From IMG/VR virus record IMGVR_UViG_3300010397_000046, positions 4,359-68,358 of that record: a DNA stretch of 64,000 nt; one strand, given 5' to 3'. Position numbers and translations under genes: made by a program. This document shows positions 8,733 to 17,672 of this stretch, piece by piece; the first letter of the stretch is position 1, and each line of letters starts with the position of its first letter. The notes below the pieces were generated by a model. That model worked only from the letters and a program-made list of their open reading frames with translations. It ran no database searches and was not told where the DNA came from. Origin of the DNA: a virus.

Positions 8733-9014
8733 ATGATAGAAACAGAACAAGTATTAACTCTAATGTGGGAAGTGATAGAAAGAATTGAAGATGAAATAAA
8801 ATGTCATGTAGGAATTACATTTTCTTTTCTTCCTGAAAAAGCCGGACTTGTAATGACTTTAAGAACACATCCAACAAATAGACAAGAAAAGCAATTTGGA
8901 TATGATTGTACTATTTCAAAAATTGACCTGCATAATATGCGTTTGTTGGAAGAACAATGGATAGATATACAGGTAAACAGATTCATAGGCGCATATAAAG
9001 CAGTATCACAATGA
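8733..9014 (+). CDS. hypothetical protein
   Basis: GGAGG SD; ATGA overlap with primase. Confidence 0.6.
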   Translation: MIETEQVLTLMWEVIERIEDEIKCHVGITFSFLPEKAGLVMTLRTHPTNRQEKQFGYDCTISKIDLHNMRLLEEQWIDIQVNRFIGAYKAVSQ

Positions 9015-9922
9015 AATTTAATGCCCAAAAATTCTATCAGGATTTTCATATTGATTATGCTGATTCAGGGCATAAGAGAACTCGACCCGATTGGATACAA
9101 ATTCATTGCCCCTTCTGCCAAGGTAGTCGGGGCTATCACTTGGGCTATAACGTAATAACAGGTGCGTACTCCTGTTGGCGTTGTGGAAAGCATTCACAGT
9201 TAGATGTTGTAAAAGCCATGTTGAATTGCGGTTCTTCTGAAGCTAAGGAAGTAGTCAAGGAATATTCTGCTATAGGTAGGAAGGCGAAAGACTCACAGCG
9301 GGACGATTCAAAGCCTTCCAGACGCAATAAAGAATGTGTCTTCCCCCCCGGTACTATCGAATTGACGGAAAGGCACAGGAAATACCTGATTGACAGAAAA
9401 TATGATCCTGATGAACTGATTGAAAAATGGAACCTGAAATGTGTTGGAGCGGTTGGAAGTTATAAGTGGAGAATTATTGCTCCAATTATGTTCAATGGGA
9501 AAATGGTTTCATATCAGGGAAGGGACATTACAAACAAATCTGATTTGAAGTACAAAGCATGTAAACAAGAGGATGAAGTAATTCCGCATCAGGAGATTAT
9601 TTATGGAATAGATCATGTCAAAGGTAATAGCTGTATTGTTGTGGAAGGGATTGCAGACGTGTGGCGGCTTGGTTATGGTGCTTGCTGCTGCTTTGGTTCG
9701 GCTTTCACACTCAATCAGGTTAATTTACTTTCTACTCGCTTTGAACGTGTTTATATTCTTTTTGATGCTGATGAACCTAATGCTATCAAAATGGCCTATG
9801 AACTTGCATATCTTTTAAGTGCAAGAGGTTTGGAAGTAGAAGTGTTGGAACTGGAAGAAGGAGATCCTGGGGATATGGAACAGGTGGAGGCAGACAAATT
9901 AATGGAGGAATTGGGGCTATGA
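9011..9922 (+). CDS. DNA primase (Zn finger + TOPRIM)
   Basis: HCPFC...CWRC, YQGR, VVEGIAD, LFDAD, DPGDM. Confidence 0.88.
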   Translation: MKFNAQKFYQDFHIDYADSGHKRTRPDWIQIHCPFCQGSRGYHLGYNVITGAYSCWRCGKHSQLDVVKAMLNCGSSEAKEVVKEYSAIGRKAKDSQRDDSKPSRRNKECVFPPGTIELTERHRKYLIDRKYDPDELIEKWNLKCVGAVGSYKWRIIAPIMFNGKMVSYQGRDITNKSDLKYKACKQEDEVIPHQEIIYGIDHVKGNSCIVVEGIADVWRLGYGACCCFGSAFTLNQVNLLSTRFERVYILFDADEPNAIKMAYELAYLLSARGLEVEVLELEEGDPGDMEQVEADKLMEELGL

Positions 9923-10077
9923 AAGAATTAACACAACTAACAGAAAAAGAAGCTACGGAAACTCTAAAAAACCGAATAGCTTTTATATCGGAAGTGTCCT
10001 GGAGAACAATGACAATTGTTGTGGATGGAAAAGAATACCTCATAGGTATTGATTGGAAACATGATGATAATTTCTAA
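9919..10077 (+). CDS. 52-aa hypothetical protein
   Basis: Hand-translated MKELTQLTEK...; ATGA overlap. Confidence 0.5.
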   Translation: MKELTQLTEKEATETLKNRIAFISEVSWRTMTIVVDGKEYLIGIDWKHDDNF

Positions 10078-10103
10078 TTGATAATATTAAAAGGAGAAAC
10101 AAA

Positions 10104-10298
10104 ATGAGTGAACCAACAATAAAAGAATTGAAAACTGATGTTGCTTTGGCAAACAGACAAATCAAAACAATTCTGTCAGGTCTTGAAGAAAGGTATGGTT
10201 TGAAGATAGTAAACATTAACTCTGAATATGTGGAAAGAGAAGTAGGACTAGGAGAAAAAGCACAAATTATATCAATAAACATTGATTATAAATTATAA
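10104..10298 (+). CDS. hypothetical protein
   Basis: AAGGAG SD. Confidence 0.6.
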   Translation: MSEPTIKELKTDVALANRQIKTILSGLEERYGLKIVNINSEYVEREVGLGEKAQIISINIDYKL

Positions 10299-10327
10299 TT
10301 GACAGTATCAAAAGGGGATGTTAATAT
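10272..10327 (+). promoter_or_regulatory. sigma70 promoter with upstream TCAAT-N4-ATTGA palindrome
   Basis: TTGACA(10299)-17-TAATAT; ATCAATaaacATTGAT at 10271-10286. Confidence 0.65.
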
Positions 10328-10348
10328 CAGGTCGCTTCAATACATAAA

Positions 10349-10450
10349 AACGATTTTCGCAGAATCGTTCAGATAGTGATAGGAAGGGACTTCCCTTCTA
10401 TCCAGAAAAGCCCTCAAGGTTGCTGCGAACTTCCTTGAGGGCTTTTCGTT
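10349..10450 (+). ncRNA. Three-hairpin leader RNA with complementary loops, ending in a terminator-like stem
   Basis: H1 loop TTCGCAG is complementary to H3 loop CTGCGAA; H3 has a 15-bp stem followed by U-rich sequence. Confidence 0.6.
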
Positions 10451-10472
10451 TATTCCCTGCAAGGAGAAAGAA

Positions 10473-10949
10473 ATGATGAAATACCACGAACAGATGAAAC
10501 ACCCGTTGTGGCAGAAAAAACGATTAGAAGTTATGGAGCATCATAATTTTAAATGCCAAGAATGTGAAGCTGAAGATACAACATTGCATGTGCATCATCC
10601 ATTTTATAAAACAGGGGCTATGATTTGGGATTATTCAGTAGAAGAATTAAAATGCCTTTGTGAAGTGTGCCATAAGAATGAACATGCTTTAGATGAAAAG
10701 ATTAAGAAATCGCTTAGTAATTTAGGAACACATCAAAAACAAATGGTATTAGGCTATATTGATTCAGAACATTGTGCAAATAATTTATTCTTTGAAAAAG
10801 AAATAGACACTACAATAAATTTGCAGAATCCAAACTATTGCTCCGGTGTATTACATCGTTTTATATTATCAATATATTGGAAAGATTTTAAAAAAATAAA
10901 TAAAATGAAAGTATCAGAACTTCTTGTTTACAGTGGGAGTAATAAATGA
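10473..10949 (+). CDS. HNH endonuclease
   Basis: WQKKR..CQEC..LHVHH..LCEVCH. Confidence 0.8.
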   Translation: MMKYHEQMKHPLWQKKRLEVMEHHNFKCQECEAEDTTLHVHHPFYKTGAMIWDYSVEELKCLCEVCHKNEHALDEKIKKSLSNLGTHQKQMVLGYIDSEHCANNLFFEKEIDTTINLQNPNYCSGVLHRFILSIYWKDFKKINKMKVSELLVYSGSNK

Positions 10950-11911
10950 GTTCTTTATATGATGTTGACTATGAGCCATTGGTAACGAGCAAACTTCTTT
11001 TTGATACATTATACTCCGAAGAAAACCCAGCAGATTTGATTGCTTTGTATATGCACTATTATTATGTTGCTAAATGGCAGCACACAAATACAGCAAGAAG
11101 CACTACGAATTACACAGCAAAAAAACTCAATTGGTCAGAAAGACGGGTAAGACAAACTAAACAAGTCTTGATTCGTCTTGGACTTATTGAAGATAAAATC
11201 AGTCATAAAAATACAGGTAAGTTTGGAAAATCATATATCTATGTTCGCTTTATGTACTCCGATTCCAAAGTACAAGAAGCAAAGAAAATAGCCTCTGAAA
11301 ATGAATCTCACGCCCTTGCAGTTTCACGTAGACCGTCAAATCGTGATACATATGCTTTAAGTAACAATAATAAAGAATATGCTTTAAGTAACAATACTCA
11401 TACACTCAAAATTTCTTCAAGAACTAAACCTATTACATCTAAAAAACCCAAAGAAATTGTTACATCAAAACAAAATATCATTTCTGAAGAGAATCAAAAA
11501 GTAATTACATCTTTGGAAAAAATAGTAAGAAAACATTCAAAAGTATCCTTACATCCGAATCATGTTACAAATTGGAATAAAAGCATTAATAAATTGTTTA
11601 AGGTGTGGAAAGGAACACATCAAGAATTATTGGAAATGTTGAAATGCTACTACCTTCATTTTGATAGTAGCAATAAATTTCATACAGTAATTTATAGTGC
11701 TGATGCTCTTTGTGAAAAAATAGATAAATTGGAATCATTTTGTAACAGGGTTAAAAATGTAGACGGTAATAGAAAGAATGTAAACACATCTGAATATAAA
11801 GAAACTAAACAATCTACATCCAAAACGGTACACGATCATTTTGATGATACAAACTATGTTGACGATGATGATCCATGTGACATAATCCCTGGTTTGAAAA
11901 GGAGGAAGTAA
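10946..11911 (+). CDS. Replication initiator (N-terminal wHTH, lambda-O-like organisation)
   Basis: HTH 'TAKKLNWSERRVRQTKQVLIRLGLIE'; internal direct repeats; lies upstream of helicase. Confidence 0.65.
   Translation: MSSLYDVDYEPLVTSKLLFDTLYSEENPADLIALYMHYYYVAKWQHTNTARSTTNYTAKKLNWSERRVRQTKQVLIRLGLIEDKISHKNTGKFGKSYIYVRFMYSDSKVQEAKKIASENESHALAVSRRPSNRDTYALSNNNKEYALSNNTHTLKISSRTKPITSKKPKEIVTSKQNIISEENQKVITSLEKIVRKHSKVSLHPNHVTNWNKSINKLFKVWKGTHQELLEMLKCYYLHFDSSNKFHTVIYSADALCEKIDKLESFCNRVKNVDGNRKNVNTSEYKETKQSTSKTVHDHFDDTNYVDDDDPCDIIPGLKRRK
11350..11555. repeat. Putative iterons / origin inside initiator gene
   Basis: 20-nt ATATGCTTTAAGTAACAATA at 11350 and 11377; TTACATC at 11433, 11460, 11505, 11549. 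Confidence 0.6.
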
Positions 11912-12138
11912 TGAATAAAATGCTGCATACTTGTGTTTTTAATATGGAACATCTGCGTATTTTTTTAAATAGATATTATTCTAGATTTGATTATATTTCC
12001 TTTTTAAGCACATCTGAAGAACAATATAAAGAAGTATTGCGTTGGGAATTTGATTATAATTGTGAATTTTCTCCAATAGTTCATTTTTGTTTCAATACAT
12101 ATAATCCTGAAATTCTTGATTCTGAAAGGAGATTTTAA
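11911..12138 (+). CDS. hypothetical protein
   Basis: TAATG overlap, GGAGG SD. Confidence 0.55.
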   Translation: MNKMLHTCVFNMEHLRIFLNRYYSRFDYISFLSTSEEQYKEVLRWEFDYNCEFSPIVHFCFNTYNPEILDSERRF

Positions 12139-12140
12139 AC

Positions 12141-12422
12141 ATGAAAGATATTCTGATGATTTGTTGTAATGGAAGCTGTTTGATAAAGGAAGTGCAAGGA
12201 GTAGTTAAAACTTTGAACATTCTTGGAATCCCTTATGAAAGTAAAGTAAAAGGCACAATCATTATTAACAATGAAATAAATGCTAAATTCATTTTGCAAG
12301 GATCAGCTATTTATGGATGTGAATTTGATACTATCTCCGATTGTGGAAATTGTGACATTAATCAGGAATATGCTGAATTTCTTAAAACTCGTTTGAAAAT
12401 CCCCATTATTGGGGGAATATGA
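12141..12422 (+). CDS. hypothetical protein
   Basis: AGGAG SD. Confidence 0.55.
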   Translation: MKDILMICCNGSCLIKEVQGVVKTLNILGIPYESKVKGTIIINNEINAKFILQGSAIYGCEFDTISDCGNCDINQEYAEFLKTRLKIPIIGGI

Positions 12423-12425
12423 TAT

Positions 12426-12692
12426 ATGTCATGGAAAAGGAAATTCATTTTAAACAATCACAGGGAAGTTGTTCAAAAGAAATGGGCAGGATTCAAACAA
12501 GATAATTGGGAAGTGCTTGATGAACCTGTGAAGAGAAACAGAGAAGGTCAGATTTATCTAAGTTGTAAATGTCTTTGTGGAAATAGAAGGTACATTCGGA
12601 TGTATGATCTAAGCGGAGGAAATACTAAATCTTGTGGATGTTTGCATAATAAGGGCGGGAACATGTCAGGTGAATCAATTAAGTTATTTTGA
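12426..12692 (+). CDS. Stand-alone CxCxCG...SCGC domain (usually N-terminal in phage HNH/AP2 endonucleases)
   Basis: YLSCKCLCGN...DLSGGNTKSCGCL; no nuclease domain follows. Confidence 0.65.
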   Translation: MSWKRKFILNNHREVVQKKWAGFKQDNWEVLDEPVKRNREGQIYLSCKCLCGNRRYIRMYDLSGGNTKSCGCLHNKGGNMSGESIKLF

Positions 12693-12705
12693 ATAGGAGT
12701 GTTTC

Positions 12706-14226
12706 GTGGTCAAGCGTAAGAAAATAAATTCCAAGATTGAACAAGAAATATTGACAGGGATGATAATGTCTGATGAATTTCTAAGGGACATTATTCCAAT
12801 TTATTCGGCTGATTTAATGGACATTTCTTTTGCTCCTGTTATTGCTAAATGGTGTATTGACTATTTCAAGCAGTACAACAGAGCTATCAAAAAAGACATA
12901 CAGGAAGTTTTTGATTCATGGGCAAGAAGCAACAAAGAAGAAGAAAAAGTAGAGTTTGTGGAAAAGTTCCTGATGAATTTGTCAGAGGAATATTCTCACG
13001 CTGATAAGTTTAATGCTCAATACCTTTTGGATAAAGCAGTAAAACACTTCAAAAAGAAGTCTTACAAGAATCTTGCACAAGATTTGATCTACTGCGTTGA
13101 AGAAGATAACTTGGATGATGCCGATACGGTCTTTCAGGAGTTTCAAAAGATAGAGAAAGGGTCTACGGTAGGTATCAATCCGTTTGACGATTCTGAGGCA
13201 ATCCAAAAGGCATTTGAAGGAAAGCAAGAACCGTTGTTCAAAGTCTCTGGAGCATTAGGCCGATTAATCAATGATGAATTGTGCAGAGATTCATTCATAG
13301 CATTGATGGGACCAGAGAAGAGGGGGAAGACATGGTGGCTAATGTTCTTTGCAATGCAAGCGCATAGAGGTAGATGCAATGTTGCAATGTTTCAGGTTGG
13401 GGATATGTCTGAATCACAGATGGTCAGAAGGCAGCACATTTCATTGTCCAAGAAATCGGACTTGAAAAGATATTGTGGAGAATTGAAAATCCCTGTTCTT
13501 GATTGCAAACACAATCAGGAAGATGATTGCAACAAGAAATACAGAACATCCAAACACGGCTGTATGGAAGATGGGAAAGTAGTTCCTTATGAGGAAGCAG
13601 TTGATTATGTTCCTTGTACGGAATGCCTGAAGAAAAACCCAAAGTATTATGAAGGTGCTGTTTGGCATATGATTAGGCCGGAAGTAGAACCTTTAACATG
13701 GAGAGAAGCATATAAAAAAGGTCAGGAGTATAATAAAAGGGTAAGAGCAAAGGCATTTAAACTTGCTACATTTCCAAATGATTCAATTTCTGTATCAGGG
13801 ATTTGCAGGGTGCTTGATTCATGGGAAAGAACAGAAGGGTTTGTTCCTGATGTTGTTGTTATTGACTATGCTGATATTCTTGCGCCTGAAAGTTTGAAGG
13901 AGGAATTCAGGCACCAAGAGAACACTAAATGGAAAAGACTTAGAAGATTATCCCAAGAGCGTCATATTTGCCTTATAACAGCAACACAGACTAACAGGGA
14001 GTCATACGGGGTGAAGCGGATTGAATTGAAACACGCAGGGGAAGACAAGCGTAAATTTGCACATCCAACAGCTATCTTTGCATTGAATCAGGAGAATGAA
14101 GAAATGTTGCAGGGTGTCATGAGAGTTTCTCCATTACTTATCAGGGAGAATGCTTATAATGCAAATTATGATGTTCATGTTTTACAATGTCTCCAAATTG
14201 GAGCACCATATTTGGGCAGTTTTTAA
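12706..14226 (+). CDS. DnaB-like replicative helicase with Cys-rich insertion
   Basis: Walker A GPEKRGKT, Walker B VVIDYAD, TATQTNR. Confidence 0.85.
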   Translation: MVKRKKINSKIEQEILTGMIMSDEFLRDIIPIYSADLMDISFAPVIAKWCIDYFKQYNRAIKKDIQEVFDSWARSNKEEEKVEFVEKFLMNLSEEYSHADKFNAQYLLDKAVKHFKKKSYKNLAQDLIYCVEEDNLDDADTVFQEFQKIEKGSTVGINPFDDSEAIQKAFEGKQEPLFKVSGALGRLINDELCRDSFIALMGPEKRGKTWWLMFFAMQAHRGRCNVAMFQVGDMSESQMVRRQHISLSKKSDLKRYCGELKIPVLDCKHNQEDDCNKKYRTSKHGCMEDGKVVPYEEAVDYVPCTECLKKNPKYYEGAVWHMIRPEVEPLTWREAYKKGQEYNKRVRAKAFKLATFPNDSISVSGICRVLDSWERTEGFVPDVVVIDYADILAPESLKEEFRHQENTKWKRLRRLSQERHICLITATQTNRESYGVKRIELKHAGEDKRKFAHPTAIFALNQENEEMLQGVMRVSPLLIRENAYNANYDVHVLQCLQIGAPYLGSF

Positions 14227-14240
14227 AAGGAGAGTACATA

Positions 14241-14504
14241 ATGAAAAAGATATTTAAGTACAAATTGATGATAACAGGATTGCAAACTGTAGTGATGCCA
14301 AAAGATGCGGAAATACTATCAGTACAAGTACAGTATAATGATATTTGCATTTGGGCATTAGTAGACCCCAAAAATGAATTAATCGAGAGAGGTTTTAACA
14401 TATTTGGCACAGGTCATGAAATACCTGAAACAGTAGGCAAATATATAGGAACTTTTCAAATAGATGATGGAAGGCTTGTTTTTCATCTTTTTGAATTTGA
14501 ATAA
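14241..14504 (+). CDS. conserved small phage protein
   Basis: KIFKY..MPKDAEILSVQVQ..FGTGH..YIGTFQ..VFHLFE pattern. Confidence 0.7.
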   Translation: MKKIFKYKLMITGLQTVVMPKDAEILSVQVQYNDICIWALVDPKNELIERGFNIFGTGHEIPETVGKYIGTFQIDDGRLVFHLFEFE

Positions 14505-14555
14505 ACACAACAAAAACAAGAACCTAATAAACACTGACAAATTAATTTCAAAAAC

Positions 14556-14602
14556 TCAATATTTATTGTTGACAAGGTAAAAACCTTATTGTATACCTTG
14601 TC
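14556..14602 (+). promoter_or_regulatory. sigma70 promoter overlapped by inverted repeats
   Basis: TTGACA(14569)-17-TATACC; GACAAGGTA-N14-TACCTTGTC; TCAAT-N4-ATTGT abutting -35. Confidence 0.65.
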
Positions 14603-14631
14603 CATAGAATTAACACTCAAAAGGAGGTTAG

Positions 14632-14769
14632 ATGAACAAGTTAAGGGAGCATTTGAAGGAAGGGAAGGAAGACGCACCCCCATGTGAAGTTAAGAAAGGC
14701 TGCCCACCCTCATGCAATTGCACACATATTTTGAACAAAGGTAATAGAATTCACGGAAGAAATAAATAA
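14632..14769 (+). CDS. 45-aa Cys-rich peptide (MNKLREH...CEVKKGCPPSCNCTH...)
   Basis: AAGGAGGT SD; first ORF after promoter; hand-translated. Confidence 0.55.
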   Translation: MNKLREHLKEGKEDAPPCEVKKGCPPSCNCTHILNKGNRIHGRNK

Positions 14770-14807
14770 AATTTGCAGCACTATCAAATGAAAAGGGGAC
14801 AAACAAA

Positions 14808-15950
14808 ATGGCTAAGAAAGTAAAAGTAAGTCGGGAAGAACTGGTAGCATTTGCTCGTGAAATGAATGAAGTTATGGGACTTGATCCTGCAATCAGTCTC
14901 AAGAAATCTGTCACTGATGAAGAACTTCTGGAAAACATTATGTCAGAAGGCGTTGATAACATCTACGCTACTGATTTTGAAGAAGATGAAGAAGATGATG
15001 AAAAGGTCATTTTCTCCGATGAAGCAAAGAAAACAATGAAAAAATTGGGTATTGAAGTTGTAGCAGCAGAAACGGAAGAAGAACCGGAAGAAGTTGAAGA
15101 AGAAAAACCGGCAAAGAAAGGCAAAGCAAAAAAAGAAGAAGTTGAAGAGGAAGTGCCCAAAAAAGGTAAGGGTAAAAAAGTTGAACCGGAAGAAGAACCG
15201 GAAGAAGAGAAGCCGGTTAAAAAGGGTAAGAAAAAACCTGAACCGGAGCCGGAACCTGAAGAAGATGTAGAAGTAACGGAAGATGTAATCAATGAAATGG
15301 CGTATGATGATCTTCTGGAACTCGTAACCGAAAAAGAGCTTGATATTGATACTGATGATTTCCCCAAAAAGAAAGTTAAAGCGTTGCGGGAAGCAATCAT
15401 TGAAGCACTCTTCAGCGAAGAAGAAGCATTGACGGCAGACGATGTTATGGGTATGGAATACAAAGACCTCGTTGAACTTGTAACCATAAAGGAACTCGAC
15501 ATTGATGTTGATGAATTCCCCAAAAAGAAAGCCGTGAAACTTGCTGAAGCAATCATTGAAGCCCTTGAACTGACCGAAGAAGAACCTGAAGAGGAAGAAA
15601 AGCCGGTTAAGAAGGGGAAAACAAAGAAAGAAGAAGTGGAAGAAGAAGCCCCCAAGAAAAAAGGAACAACGGAAAAAGGGAAAGCACTTGCTGAATCGAA
15701 TGCTGCCAAAAAAGAGCGGCTTGCCGAGAGCAAGAAGGAAAAAAAGAAAGATCGCAAATCAAGGGAGGAAGTTTTCATGTCCCTGATGAAAGATAAAAAG
15801 CCACACAGCAAAGAAGAAATGTTGAAAAGCCAGCTTGAAGATTACGGTGGGTCTGATTCGTGGGCTGTATACACCGTCAACTCTTACATCAGAATGCTGA
15901 CCTTCTTTGGAATCATCGAAGAGAAAAAAGGGAAATACGTTCTCTGTTAG
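14808..15950 (+). CDS. E/K-rich low-complexity protein with two ~45-aa helical repeats and a C-terminal wHTH-like domain
   Basis: Repeats at 15276-15410 and 15432-15566; ends 'SYIRMLTFFGIIEEKKGKYVL'. Confidence 0.8.
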   Translation: MAKKVKVSREELVAFAREMNEVMGLDPAISLKKSVTDEELLENIMSEGVDNIYATDFEEDEEDDEKVIFSDEAKKTMKKLGIEVVAAETEEEPEEVEEEKPAKKGKAKKEEVEEEVPKKGKGKKVEPEEEPEEEKPVKKGKKKPEPEPEPEEDVEVTEDVINEMAYDDLLELVTEKELDIDTDDFPKKKVKALREAIIEALFSEEEALTADDVMGMEYKDLVELVTIKELDIDVDEFPKKKAVKLAEAIIEALELTEEEPEEEEKPVKKGKTKKEEVEEEAPKKKGTTEKGKALAESNAAKKERLAESKKEKKKDRKSREEVFMSLMKDKKPHSKEEMLKSQLEDYGGSDSWAVYTVNSYIRMLTFFGIIEEKKGKYVLC

Positions 15951-15974
15951 TATTCAGTTGAATTCTGTTTAGTG

Positions 15975-16013
15975 AAACACCTTGTACCTTAGTTTTGGTA
16001 CAAGGTGTTTTTT
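15975..16013 (+). terminator. Rho-independent terminator
   Basis: gaaacaccttgtacc-ttagtttt-ggtacaaggtgtttttt. Confidence 0.75.
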
Positions 16014-16031
16014 CGGACTTGGAGACAATGA

Positions 16032-16820
16032 ATGAAAAAGATTATTGGCCCTTGCGCCCTGTATTATGCAAATACGTTTGATGTTCTTCCTGAACTGGAA
16101 ACGGATTCTGTTAATTGGTGCGTAACATCCCCTCCATACAATTTGCGAAAAGTAAATTCCGATCCAAAGAAATCTAAGTCCAAAATCAATTTGAAACGTG
16201 CAGAAGTATATGAACAATGGTATGACGATGAAATGCCAGAAAATCTATATCAGAAGGAACAGAAGCAGTTGATAAAACAATTGCTGCGTATCTGTACCGA
16301 TTCAATCTTTTATAATCACATGATAAGATATAACAGCAATCTGGAAAGGGGGTATATACATCCTTTAGAATGGCTTAGAGCATTTCCTATCTGGACAGAA
16401 ATCATTTGGGATAAATGCGGGGCTAATGCCCCTCCTACTCACCGTTATGCAACTTCACATGAATTGATATATCAAATACAAAAGCCGAGAAAAGCTGATA
16501 AGTCTTTAGGGATACTTGATGTTTGGAGAATCCCCATGCAATCAGGAACAGGTCATGTTTGTTCCTTTCCTGAAAAGCTAGTACATAATTGTCTTTCCCC
16601 TCATGCGGCTTTGGAGGACATTGTAATTGATCCCTATATGGGTTCAGGTACGGTGGGGGTAGTAGCTATTGAACTTGGGTTGAACTTCATTGGAATTGAA
16701 AACAAAAAAGAAAACTTCAAATTATCCTGTTCACGAATACAGAAAGCATATGATAAGCAGAGTTCTTCATTAGGATTTATCACCAGAACACATTCATCTG
16801 ATGGAAGAAAATCTAAATAA
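16032..16820 (+). CDS. beta-class N4-C/N6-A DNA methyltransferase (orphan)
   Basis: TSPPYN precedes DPYMGSGT. Confidence 0.9.
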   Translation: MKKIIGPCALYYANTFDVLPELETDSVNWCVTSPPYNLRKVNSDPKKSKSKINLKRAEVYEQWYDDEMPENLYQKEQKQLIKQLLRICTDSIFYNHMIRYNSNLERGYIHPLEWLRAFPIWTEIIWDKCGANAPPTHRYATSHELIYQIQKPRKADKSLGILDVWRIPMQSGTGHVCSFPEKLVHNCLSPHAALEDIVIDPYMGSGTVGVVAIELGLNFIGIENKKENFKLSCSRIQKAYDKQSSSLGFITRTHSSDGRKSK

Positions 16821-16833
16821 AGGAGAAAACAAA

Positions 16834-17196
16834 ATGGCCTGTTGCACAAAACATTGGGATCAATTGAAGAAATCAATTGAAAAAAAAGGCATGAAAGACC
16901 TGATAGCAAAGAATGGCGAAGAATGTGCCCAAAGAATGACTGAAGGTAAATTTGAACCTCTGATGGGTGCCTTAATGTCCATCATCACATTTACTATGGA
17001 TAATATTGATAAAACTGAAGCCTCTGAAGAAGAAAAGAATAAGTTAAAAATGGAAACAATTATTGGTTGTCCTCTTTGCATAGTAAACAGCACTAAGAAC
17101 GGACAAGAAATTGTTGATAATTGGATCGACGGTTCAACTACTGATATGCTGATGTATGCAATTGAAAATAACCTTGTTGAAGCAACTACACACTAA
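16834..17196 (+). CDS. hypothetical protein (CxxHW, CPLC)
   Basis: AAGGAG SD before ATG 16834. Confidence 0.65.
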   Translation: MACCTKHWDQLKKSIEKKGMKDLIAKNGEECAQRMTEGKFEPLMGALMSIITFTMDNIDKTEASEEEKNKLKMETIIGCPLCIVNSTKNGQEIVDNWIDGSTTDMLMYAIENNLVEATTH

Positions 17197-17210
17197 AAGG
17201 AGAAACAAAC

Positions 17211-17672
17211 ATGAATACATCAAATGGAACAACTAAATCACTGACACTTGGAATGATGGCCGGCTTATCACAATCTTTTCAATCTATTCCTAGATCAATT
17301 TTCAAATCAATGTATGAAATGTACGGCAAGCGCAAACAAAAGAAACAGTATGATAGGCTTCTTGCACATCATCACTACTCAATGAGGGTAACAGGAACTA
17401 CAGGTAATGATACTCTTTTGGAAGATTTTAGTGGCAAGCCTTACAGAATGTGTGGGGCAACAGGAAAGATTACCCGTGAATTTGACAAAGGGGAATCAAA
17501 GAAAGTTCGTGCCAAACGTCACAGACAAGCCCGTAGGGAAAGAGTTATTGCTGTTTGTGACTACTTCCTTGCTCCTCGCAATTATACGATTGGAAAGAGG
17601 CGTTTAGCTGGTCTGGAGCAATTTATTGCAGATCATAAAGAAGTAAGATCCCGTATAGGAGTTCCAGCATGA
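17211..17672 (+). CDS. basic hypothetical protein
   Basis: AAGGAG SD; ATGA overlap with clamp. Confidence 0.6.
   Translation: MNTSNGTTKSLTLGMMAGLSQSFQSIPRSIFKSMYEMYGKRKQKKQYDRLLAHHHYSMRVTGTTGNDTLLEDFSGKPYRMCGATGKITREFDKGESKKVRAKRHRQARRERVIAVCDYFLAPRNYTIGKRRLAGLEQFIADHKEVRSRIGVPA

Noticed and set aside
10271-10286. FNR box
   Set aside because: FNR is TTGAT-N4-ATCAA; the half-sites here are TCAAT/ATTGA
14963-15811. 282-aa antisense ORF (and similar ones opposite the SSB and tape measure genes)
   Set aside because: Ser/Phe-rich shadows of GAA/AAA-rich sense genes
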